Shown piece after piece: positions 1 through 8,805 of a stretch of 63,434 bases of DNA. The stretch is from Thecamonas trahens ATCC 50062. Lineage: Eukaryota; Protista; Apusomonadida. The position numbers and the translations under genes are program-made. The notes beneath the pieces were generated by a model, which was not told where the DNA came from, ran no database searches, and worked only from the letters and a program-made list of their open reading frames with translations. Where the stretch lies: the NCBI RefSeq assembly GCF_000142905.1, contig NW_013657679.1, positions 510,114-573,547 on the forward strand, written 5' to 3'. How positions within the stretch are numbered: the first letter of the stretch is position 1; every line of letters starts with the position of its first letter.

Positions 1-1126
1 CGTTGCGCGGCGGGGTGCGCGGCTCGTCGCCGTGGGTGGCGACGGCGTCCGAGGGGTGCGGCGGCGGGAGGCCAGGAGCAGCGGCGTCGCCGGCCGGCGG
101 CTCGTCGGGCGGCGCACCCTCGGAGACAAGGTAGACGTCGATGGGGCCCTGGGAGGACGAGAGGAACATGTTGAAGCGGCGCGAAGGCCACTCCATGCCC
201 TCATCCGGGTCCGGCACTTCGAGCTTGGAGCCCGGCGGGGCCTTGATGGCGATGACGGTCTGGTCCTCAAAGTCGGGGAGAAGGCGGACGTCTGCGTGTG
301 TGACGTACGCAGTCTTATCGTGAGCGGTACGCTCGACCAGGTCGCGGAGGATGTCCTGGACGCGGTGGATGTGCTGGGAGAGGATGGCGTCCGAGACCTC
401 GAGGTCGTCGAGCTGGCTCTGCAGTGAGCTCAATTCCGACGAGGCGACCCCGGAGGAGGCGGCGGCGCGGGAGGCGCGGGAGCGGGAAGACCGGTGGTCG
501 CCCGAGCCCGAGCCCGAGTCCGAGTCGAGAGTCGCGGTCGAGTTCCACTGGATCTGGTTCTTGGACTTTTTGACTAGGAGGCCGATGCCCTCGAGCACGT
601 TGGTGATGTCGTAGATCCGGCGCTTCTTGACGTCGAGGATGCGGACGGCCTCGTTGAGGTCGAGCAAGCCGCCCTCGGCCGACCGGAGCAGGTCGCAAAA
701 CTCGCGGGTCAGGTTGCCGAGCGACGAGTTTGCGCGCCCGCCGCCACGAGCGGCCGACGACTTGGAGCCGCGGCTGGCGGAGCGCGGCGGTCCGGCCTGC
801 GCCGACAGTGGCGCCGAGGCCGGCGTGCCGCGCGCCGCCGCTGCTGGAGCTGACATCGCCGCTGCTGGACTGGCTGCCGGAGAGCCGGGCCGCGCCGACG
901 AGCGCTCCAAGGCCTCGTCGCCGGGCTCGACCCGCCGCCGGCTGCGCTTGGAGCGCTTGGACTTGCGGGCGGGCGCGTCGCGCGGTTCAGCGCCGCGCAG
1001 CTCCTGCGGCGGTGCCACCTCCATGCCCGGTGGCAGCCGCGGCAGCATGTCCTCCGCAAGCACTGTGCCGCCCTTGGCGCGCTTGCGCTTGCGCGTCGAC
1101 GACGACGGCGACGCGGCGGCGAGCAT
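1..1126 (-). CDS. E2F: E2F family transcription factor (3'-partial, runs off window start)
   Basis: Manual translation from ATG 1126 (absent from the ORF track because there is no stop in the window). Winged-helix motif SLGNLTREFCDLLRSAEGGLLDLNEAVRILDVKKRRIYDITNVLEGIGLLVKKSKNQIQW, then marked-box-like AYVTHADVR...QTVIAIKAPPGSKLEVPDP...GPIDVYLV. Confidence 0.95.
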   Translation of the reverse strand, partial: MLAAASPSSSTRKRKRAKGGTVLAEDMLPRLPPGMEVAPPQELRGAEPRDAPARKSKRSKRSRRRVEPGDEALERSSARPGSPAASPAAAMSAPAAAARGTPASAPLSAQAGPPRSASRGSKSSAARGGGRANSSLGNLTREFCDLLRSAEGGLLDLNEAVRILDVKKRRIYDITNVLEGIGLLVKKSKNQIQWNSTATLDSDSGSGSGDHRSSRSRASRAAASSGVASSELSSLQSQLDDLEVSDAILSQHIHRVQDILRDLVERTAHDKTAYVTHADVRLLPDFEDQTVIAIKAPPGSKLEVPDPDEGMEWPSRRFNMFLSSSQGPIDVYLVSEGAPPDEPPAGDAAAPGLPPPHPSDAVATHGDEPRTPPRN

Positions 1127-1701
1127 GGCCAAGGAATCTGCAGTATTGGCTGGTGGCGCGAGGGGGGCGAGGGGGGGGCGGCGGTGGGGTGAGGGAGCGG
1201 GGGGGAAGACAAGACGCAAGGGGGGGAGAGGGGATGGAGAGGCGGGCAACGGGGAGGGGAAGGGCAGGCAGCAGGGGGAGGGAGGGAGGCGGGCATGGTG
1301 GCGGCAGGGGCGCAGGGAGTCGGCGGGCGAATGAGCCGCAGAGAGGGGAAAGAGCATTTTTTTGCGCAGGCGCGGGGAGGGCGACGGGGAGGGGGGCGTA
1401 CCCATGGGAGACGGGCCCGGCGGGGGTCAGTCGGCGGGCACGAGGAGAAAGGTATTCACTGGGTCTCGCCGGGGTGTGGTGGCGGGGTGGACTGGGGACG
1501 GTGGTGGGGGTACAAGCGCGTGGAGAGTGGCTGCTTGCCGCGTGGCTGGCGAGGCGGGGTTGGCCCGGGCGTGCGGTGGGGGGCGACGAGCGACGAGCGA
1601 CGAGCGGTGACCGACGGCCGGTGGCCGACGGGCGGGCGGCCAAGGACGAGGCCGAGGCCGAGGCCGTCGCCGACGGGCATTGGATACTTGTCGCGAGCGG
1701 A

Positions 1702-3174
1702 ATGGACGAGGCCAGTGCGGTGCGTGCGACGGGCGGGGATGCCGAGGAGGCACCTGGTGGAGCCGCGGGTGAGGCTGGGGCTGTGGGCGGAACCGGGGCT
1801 GTCGTGGGTGCTGTGACGGGTGCTGAAGCGGGCGGACCAAACGGGGGCGCAGACGCCGGCGCGGCTACTAGCGCGGGTGCGGGTGCCGTGGTGGCGGGTG
1901 CCGTGGAGGGTGCTCCCGAGAGTGCTGCGCATGCTGGGGTTGCGGTCGGTGGTGCGGTCGAAAGTGCGGCGACTGCTGCGCCTGCAGCGGGCGGCGCTGC
2001 CGGGACTGCTGGTGGAGCGGGGATGGGCTTGCCAGCCGGAGCCAGCGGGCAGGGCAAGACGGAGCAGAGCGCGGCTGGAGGAGCGATGGTCGAGGAGGGA
2101 GTGCCTGTGCGCGGCGGAATGACCGGCGAGGGCGGCGCCGCGGCGCCGCGGCGGGCTGACGGCGGGAGCGGCGAGGGCGGAGGCGAGGGCGGCGAGGGAC
2201 CGGCCGGCGCGGCGGCCAAGGCCAACGAGCCGTACGAGTGGATCATCCCGATGCTGGTTGTGGAACCGAATCCGCACGGTCCAGTGGCAATCGACACGGC
2301 CAAGCGCAAGACGGCGGGCCAGATCAAGGTCGAGGGCGAGGCCAAGTGTGCAGCGTGGTGCCGTCTCGGGTACCGGCTAGCGCGGGCGACGCATGGCGTG
2401 GCCAAGGGCTCGTGGTACTGCGAGCTGGCGGTGCTTGAGCCCAAAGCCGAGCACGTCCGCGAGGCGCCGCATCATCCGGGCGTCCGCGTTGGGTGGGCCA
2501 ACCACCGAGCCGAGATCAACGCGCCGGTCGGCTACGACCGGTTCGGCTACGCGGTGCGGTCGCGCGACGGCGCCAAGTTCAACAAGGCCCGCGGCGAGGC
2601 GTATGGCAAGCCGTTTGGTCCCGGTGACGTCGTCGGCCTCGCCATCCACCTTCCGGAGGATTCCAAGCCGTACGAGCCGCCCGAGGTTCGCGAGCTCCGT
2701 GTCCGGTCGTGGACCGCGCCTAAGATGCCTAAGCCGCGCGAGCCCGAGCCGCATCCGGCCTCGTACATCGAGTATTTCCTCAACGGCGTCTCGCTGGGGA
2801 AGGCCTTTACCGACGTCCTCTCCACCACCTACTATCCTGCGGTCTCGCTGTACATGGGCGCGTCGGCAGAGTTCCGATTCCACCCCAACGCCTTTAGCCA
2901 CACTCCGCCGGCAGGCTTTGCGCCGCTGTCGGAGCTCGAGACGGTGCGCCCGCCGACGCCCGAGCCTGAGCCCGAGCCGGCCGTCACCGACGCCGGAGCG
3001 CCGGTGGCTATGGACGCCACCGCGCCAGCTGAAGGTGGCGACGTTGACGTCGCGGTTCCGGCCAAGAAGCAAAAGCTGCTGGACGAGAGCGGCGCCGTGA
3101 CCGCAACCACGACCGCCACTGCACCCGGCCACGATGATGAGTCTGGGCTGGCGGTGATGGAGACAACGCAATGA
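1702..3174 (+). CDS. ASH2L: ASH2L/Bre2-like SPRY-domain COMPASS subunit
   Basis: GYRLARATHGVAKGSWYCE, RVGWA, NAPVGYDRFGYAVRSRDGAKF, YGKPFGPGDVVGLAIHLP and YYPAVSLY match the ASH2L SPRY domain. ATG at 1702 is in frame with ORF 730..3174. Ala/Gly-rich N-terminus. Confidence 0.9.
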   Translation: MDEASAVRATGGDAEEAPGGAAGEAGAVGGTGAVVGAVTGAEAGGPNGGADAGAATSAGAGAVVAGAVEGAPESAAHAGVAVGGAVESAATAAPAAGGAAGTAGGAGMGLPAGASGQGKTEQSAAGGAMVEEGVPVRGGMTGEGGAAAPRRADGGSGEGGGEGGEGPAGAAAKANEPYEWIIPMLVVEPNPHGPVAIDTAKRKTAGQIKVEGEAKCAAWCRLGYRLARATHGVAKGSWYCELAVLEPKAEHVREAPHHPGVRVGWANHRAEINAPVGYDRFGYAVRSRDGAKFNKARGEAYGKPFGPGDVVGLAIHLPEDSKPYEPPEVRELRVRSWTAPKMPKPREPEPHPASYIEYFLNGVSLGKAFTDVLSTTYYPAVSLYMGASAEFRFHPNAFSHTPPAGFAPLSELETVRPPTPEPEPEPAVTDAGAPVAMDATAPAEGGDVDVAVPAKKQKLLDESGAVTATTTATAPGHDDESGLAVMETTQ

Positions 3175-3228
3175 ATGATTTGGGTGGAAGAAGGAGAGTG
3201 CACAGTGTGATCGCCACGGCGGGGCTAC

Positions 3229-4194
3229 CTACCGCGGCGGCGGCGACGGCGACGGGGCGTCGAGGGAGATCGAGGCCGCAGACCGCGAGGTGAACATGTT
3301 GGCGAGGAGATCGGCGGCACCCGAGCTGGCGTTGCGGTACAGCCGCATGCGGAGTGGCATGACGCCCGGCGACGGCACGCCGTCCTCAGTCTCCTCGTCG
3401 AGCGAGGCGAGGACGGCAGCAGTGGTCTTGGGCGTCGACGGGCCGGCCGCACCCTCGCGTACAAACGCAGGGAGGAGTGCCGGGTTGAATGAGCAATCTT
3501 TGTGGGCGTGGGCGTCGAGGACGCCGGCCTTGCCGACCCACGCGCAGCCGTGCGAGTAGAAAGGGCAGACGGTGTCCTCATCGTCGATGACGTTGGCCAC
3601 AATGAGATCGGCGTGCAAGTTGTCGGGCGTGAGCGCCGCGCGGTCCATCGGACACGACTCGGCGTGCTGGAGCCATGTGAGAATGCACGAGGTGCAAAAG
3701 GTGTGTCCACACGGCGCACGGAGTGGGCCCTGGAACACGTCGCAACAGATGGGGCATGTAAAGTGCTTGGCCACCCACTCGGCCCGCACAAACTTGCGCG
3801 GCAGCGCCGGGACGTCGTTCTCCGAGTCGGGTGGCAGCGGCTTGGCCTTTTTGCGTGCCGGCTCGCTCCGTTCACTCTGGCGCGTTGCGCGCGTCGTTCG
3901 CGTCCTTGTGTTGCGCGTCGCTCGTGTCCTTGTGGTGCGTGTCGCTGCCCGTCGCGAGCGGGTACTACGGGTCGGGCGCGACGGCTCGGCTAGCCCACTC
4001 CCGCTCCCAGACTCGATGGCGGTCAGGTCCACCACCTGTAGGCTTGAGCTGCCGCTTCCTGAGTTGATGAGCTCGTATGTAGCAGACTCACTCTGCCCGG
4101 CCCACGACGCCGACTCGGACTCGGCATCGAGCCACTCGTCGGGGGCGCTGACAATGGTCATTCGCGCCGCCGTCCGCTGACTTCGGCGTGGCAT
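3229..4194 (-). CDS. C3HC4 RING finger protein with TRAF-type zinc finger (putative E3 ligase)
   Basis: CPICCDVFQGPLRAPCGHTFCTSCILTWLQHAESCPMDR followed by CPFYSHGCAWVG...HAHKDCSF. First ATG at 4194; start uncertain. Confidence 0.88.
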   Translation of the reverse strand: MPRRSQRTAARMTIVSAPDEWLDAESESASWAGQSESATYELINSGSGSSSLQVVDLTAIESGSGSGLAEPSRPTRSTRSRRAATRTTRTRATRNTRTRTTRATRQSERSEPARKKAKPLPPDSENDVPALPRKFVRAEWVAKHFTCPICCDVFQGPLRAPCGHTFCTSCILTWLQHAESCPMDRAALTPDNLHADLIVANVIDDEDTVCPFYSHGCAWVGKAGVLDAHAHKDCSFNPALLPAFVREGAAGPSTPKTTAAVLASLDEETEDGVPSPGVMPLRMRLYRNASSGAADLLANMFTSRSAASISLDAPSPSPPPR

Positions 4195-4758
4195 GGCTTC
4201 ACGACAGAGGACGCAAGCACTTCGACGGACCACTCCAGTGGCTGCCTCTGTGCGCTGCAGAGACGAGTCTTGCCGGTGTCGCCGACTTGCCGACGAGTCG
4301 CACTAGCAGGCGAGACGAACTTGTAGGCGCGAAAGTTTGAACTGCGCTGAGAAGGAAAAGAAGAAAGGGTGAGGGGGGGGGCACACATCAAGTACGGGAG
4401 TGCGAGGAAGGGAAGAGAGAGGAGAAGAGCTGGAGGAAGGATATAGCATGACGGAGAGAGGGGATCAGAAGAGAATCGGAAGAGGGTCAGAGCATGTGGT
4501 AGGATGGCGTGTTGTCCAACGTGATGCCGGTGACATAGTTAAGATGGGGCGCTTTTTCTGTGATCGGCGAATCTGAGCTAGGGGAGTGGCCACACACCGA
4601 GAGATAAAGAGGTTGTGTGGGAAAGGAAGAGTGCCCCACCACCAAGTGTAGGCGCTCTGACTGTAGGAGGCACAGGTTGCTGATGTGGGACGTGGTACCG
4701 CTCAAGGCGATCATACCATGACTTTACAGTCTGCGGCGTCAAACAGGAACAGCTGGAA

Positions 4759-6026
4759 TTAGATGGTGACGCGGGCACCGCCCTGCTGGAGCGAGGACTC
4801 GGCAGCGTTGAGGATGCTGACAACCTTGTGGCCAAAGTGGCCATCGGAGCGCATATCGGCGGACGGGGTGCGGATGGCGTTGACAAACTCGGTCATCTGG
4901 GCGCCGAGCGGCTCGACCTTGTCGATGTGCGGCATGAAGACGTCACCCTTGCGGGCGGAGAACATGTAGTCGGTAAAGTGGCCCGAGTCGACGACGTCGC
5001 CGGCCTCCTGGAGCTCGTCGGGGCCCTTGAAGAAGACCTTGACGGGGTGGTTGATGGCGGTGTCCTCAAAGACGACGCGGCCCTTGGAGCCAACGACGAC
5101 GATCTCGCGCTCCTTGTTCGGGTCCATCCACGAGGCGTGGACGTGGGCGATGACCGGCGAGTCCTTGAAGCCCATGGTGACAAAGACGACGTCGGCGAGG
5201 TCCGAGCCCGGGAGGAGCGACGAGCCGGTGCACGAGACCCACTCGACGTCGGTGCCGGCGAGGAGGTAGAGGAAGACCGAGATGTCGTGGGTGGCGAGGT
5301 CCCACAGCGCCGAGACGTCCTGACGGACCGGGCCGAGGTTCGTCCGCTTGGCGTACACGTAGTGGGTGTCACCGACGTCGTGAGTGTCGACCATGGCCTT
5401 CATCTTGGCCACCGACGAGTTGAAGAGGAAGGTGTGCCCAACGAGGAGGCGGACCGAGTTGGCCTCGGCGGCCGCAACAAGCTCCTTGCACTCTTCCACG
5501 GAGACCGCAAGCGGCTTCTCCATGAGCACATGCTTGCCAGCGTTGAGAATCTGCATGCCAACCCCATGGTGGTACTCTGCGGGGTGTGGGTGGTGCGGGT
5601 GGTGAGTGAGTGGTGAGCAGTTGCCCGAGGAGAAAAAGGACGGAAAAACGAACGAGCAAATCGCTGCCCACAATCCACACCCTTGCTGGCCGCGGGGGTT
5701 GGCCGCCGGCATAGGCGCTATCCCTGGGGGAAGGGCTTGCTCCCACACGCAAGAACGGAAAGGGTACGGCTGCAGTAGCGTGCTCACGTACTCGCGGGAA
5801 CGACGATGACCACAGCCTCGAGCTCGGGCACCGCAAGCAGGTCGTCAACAGACGAGAAGGCCGGAACGCCAGGGAAACGGGCCTTGGCCTTCTCCAGCGT
5901 CGGCGGGTGCATATCGCACATGCCGACAAGGTTCGTCAGCGGGTTCTCCGACGTGAGGCGAACGTAGTTCTTGCCCCAGTAGCCCACTCCGACCACGGCG
6001 ATGTTCACAGGGTTCTCGGCCGCCAT
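4759..6026 (-). CDS. Gfo/Idh/MocA family NAD(P)-dependent oxidoreductase (2 exons: 6026-5792, 5576-4759)
   Basis: NIAVVGVGYWG Rossmann motif, GKHVLMEKPLA and WDLATHDIS. Intron 5791-5577 (GTACGT...CAG) joins VVPA-K-YHH in frame. Confidence 0.92.
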
Positions 6027-6453
6027 TGTTTTCTGGTTGATAAGTTGAGAGTTGCCCGCCGAGCCTGCTGTGCTGTTGCCAAGCCAAATTTCACGCCGCC
6101 CGCCCGCCCGCCCGTCCGCCCGTCCGCCCGAACGACCACCGGCCGGCAGAAGCCGCACCCATGTGTCTGTCTCTCTGTGTGTGATGCATCGGACCTGGTC
6201 ATTCGCGCATTGCACGGGCAGCGATGTGATCGAACTCGTCGCCAGCCGTCATCAGCCTTTTCGCCAAGCCGTCGCCAGCTACAATTGCTCTGCCCACCTT
6301 CTTGCCACCTCCTCTTCCGTGACTCGATCTCTTTCGATGGCCCGGTGCAGGCTGTCCAAGTAGGCCGAGGAGACCGAGGAGACCCAGCAGATCGAGCCTG
6401 CCGAGCGCGTCCGACTCTTACGGTCCACTACCTGACTCACAGATCGGATCGGG

Positions 6454-7149
6454 ATGCGGCTGCTGACGCACAACCTGATGACGTGCAACGTGGGTGCGTG
6501 CCAGACGGCTGGAACCAACTACCCGCTGCGCATTGTGGCCGAGGAGATGCAGCAGTCTGAGCGCGAGTTCTCGCCCGCCTTTGTCGCCCGTATGCTTGCC
6601 CGCCTGGACTGGTCGGGCATCACCGCGGCTGCCGAGGACGTACGTACTCCTGCCGGTGTCGGCAGACCGGGTGTGGGAGAAGGGCAGTGGCGGGAAGGGA
6701 GAAGAGAGGAAGGTGCCTATGCGTGCGTGTGTAAGAAGGGGGGGGGGCGAGTGAGCGTGTATGCGGGTATGAGGGAGCGTATGCATGTACCCCCTCCCCT
6801 GCCTCCACCCCATCCTGGCTTCCATCCATGGCTCCCGGGAGAGCGAAGGGGGGGGGGGGGGGGGGCGGAGGGACAGGGGCAAGGGGGGCTTGGCATGGCG
6901 ATGGCAGAGGAGATGCGGTAGGAGTGACTCACCAGGGGGAGGTGCCTATGCGTGTAGCTGTCGTTCGAGGGCATTCCCGCCGAGATGCCCGAGGGTGCCG
7001 CCGACGACGACGAGTTTCTGCGCAAGCTGCACTCGCTGCTGCTGGAGATGGAGGTTGTTACCGGCTCGCTCGTCTGCCCGCACTGCGAGCGCAAGTACCC
7101 CATCGACAAGACCATTGTCAACATGGTCCTGCGTGAGGACGAGGTCTAG
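6454..7149 (+). CDS. TRM112: Trm112 methyltransferase activator subunit (2 exons: 6454-6639, 6958-7149)
   Basis: MRLLTHNLMTC...YPLRI...LDW, then FLRKLHSLLLEMEVVTGSLVCPHCERKYPI...NMVLREDEV*. Intron 6640-6957 (GTACGT...GACTCAC...TAG), phase 0. Confidence 0.95.
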
Positions 7150-7285
7150 CCCGCGCTGATGCGGCTGCCGCGCCTTGCCCTGTAAACCCCTCCTCTCAGC
7201 CCACGCCCGTCACCTCTGCCTCCGCCTCCGCCTCCACCAACACACCTCTCTCCTCTCTCCTCTCGCTCACACCCTACCTACCATC

Positions 7286-7912
7286 ATGGCATCGCCCTTC
7301 TCCACCACCGCCTCGGCCTCGTCCGCAGCGCTCATCCTCTGCGACTTCCAGGCTGGCATCATCGGCTCGGTTCTCGGCGAGGGCGAGCACGAAGCCGTGG
7401 CCAACGGGGCTAAGCTGCTGGCCAAGGCCCGCGCCGTCGGCATGCCGGTCTTCTACGTCGTCGTCCGCTTCCGCGAGGGCCACCCGGAAGTCGCCGCCTC
7501 CAACAAGATGTTCTCTGGCCTCGCCGCGCCCAAGGCCGACGGCTCGCCCAACACCTTCCTTGTCGAGTCGGACCCGTCGGCGGGCATTGTCGACGCCGTC
7601 GCCCCGCTCCCATCCGAGCCCGTTGTCGTCAAGCGCCGCGTCGGCGCCTTCTCCACCACAGACTTGCGGACCCTGCTCTCTGCAGCCGGCGTCGACTCGC
7701 TTGTCCTAGCCGGCTTCTCCACCTCGGGCGTCATTCTCTCCACCGTCCGCGCTGCCGCCGACATGGACTATCGCATCGTCGTCGCTGCCGACGCCTGCGG
7801 CGACCGCTCCGACACCGTCCACTCGGTCCTCTGTGACTCGGTCTTTGCACGTCAGGCCGACGTCGGCGTCACCGACGACGTCATCGCCTGGATGGACTCG
7901 CGCGCCGAGTAA
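7286..7912 (+). CDS. Isochorismatase-like (cysteine hydrolase fold) protein
   Basis: ALILCDFQ, EPVVVKRRVGAFSTTDL, LVLAGFSTSGVILSTVRAAADMDYRIVVAADACGD. Intronless. Confidence 0.92.
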   Translation: MASPFSTTASASSAALILCDFQAGIIGSVLGEGEHEAVANGAKLLAKARAVGMPVFYVVVRFREGHPEVAASNKMFSGLAAPKADGSPNTFLVESDPSAGIVDAVAPLPSEPVVVKRRVGAFSTTDLRTLLSAAGVDSLVLAGFSTSGVILSTVRAAADMDYRIVVAADACGDRSDTVHSVLCDSVFARQADVGVTDDVIAWMDSRAE

Positions 7913-7997
7913 TCGTTCGTTTACACCACAGAAACACACGTACCAAAGCCCGTCTCCCCACCCTCCACCACCGTCTCCCTGCCCACCACGCATCTGC

Positions 7998-8688
7998 TCA
8001 CGCCACGTTGTCAAGCGCAGCCTTGGCGTTCTCCATGTCCGCCAGAAAGCTGTAAAACTGCTCCAGCGTCAGCTCCATGTGCACGCACTCATCCAAGCCA
8101 CCACGATTGAGCGTCAGCCGCAGCTGCAGGAACGATCGTCCCACCTTTTGCAGCTCCGACGACGATGCCGTGACTGCCCCCATCGCCCTCGCCCTCGTGA
8201 TTGTGAGTATGGATGGCTCTTCCTCTTCTGCTCTCGCTCTCCTCCCCCTTTTCCATCTCTGCCGTACCGCCAAACTTCCAATCCATGTCGACAAGCTCGT
8301 TGACCGAGACCGAGGTGGCGACGACGGCGGCGGTGAGCGCGTCCTTGTGGGCGGTCCACAGGGCAGTGAGGACCTGGGCGAGCTCGGTGGGCAGGCCCAG
8401 GGCGGCAAGGTCGTCTGAGACCTGGGCGGCGGTGAGGTGGCCACGGACAGCACCACGGTAGAATACCCGCATCATGGTTGTGGCGTCGCGGACCGTTGCC
8501 TCGGGAAGGCCGAGTGAGCCAGCCAGCATGGCCGTGTCGCCCTTGAAGTCGATGCGCCCGGTGTGCGTGAGCCAGCCCACCACCACCCCGCCGAGGTCGC
8601 CGACATGCGCCTCGGACAGCGACGCCACAGTCTGCACAGACTGCAGGAACTCGGACGAGACCTCCTTTGCAAACGAGTATGTGCCCAT
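7998..8688 (-). CDS. COMMD7: COMM domain protein, COMMD7-like (2 exons: 8688-8268, 8173-7998)
   Basis: LVDMDWKFG|VTASSSELQKVGRSFLQLRL...MELTLEQFYSFLADME. Intron 8267-8174 (GTACGG...TACTCAC...CAG), phase 1. Confidence 0.9.
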
Positions 8689-8805
8689 CTTGTGCCCTGC
8701 CCCCGCTTCCTCTGGTATACTCGAGTGTTGTCCCCTCAAAACTCCCTCCGCTCCCCCCAACTCGCGTGACACTCTCTGGCGGTCATAGTCGGTCTCCTCC
8801 TGTAA

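Noticed and set aside
1350-1380. Possible E2F autoregulatory site (TTTTGCGC) in the E2F/ASH2L spacer
   Set aside because: Does not match the TTTSSCGC consensus, and such words are common at this GC content.
730-1701. Upstream extension of the ASH2L ORF overlapping E2F, and the many long antisense/shadow ORFs (e.g. 987..2444, 27341..30121, 10430..11413)
   Set aside because: Expected in very high-GC DNA with few stop codons. Translations are low-complexity or mirror the real gene on the opposite strand.
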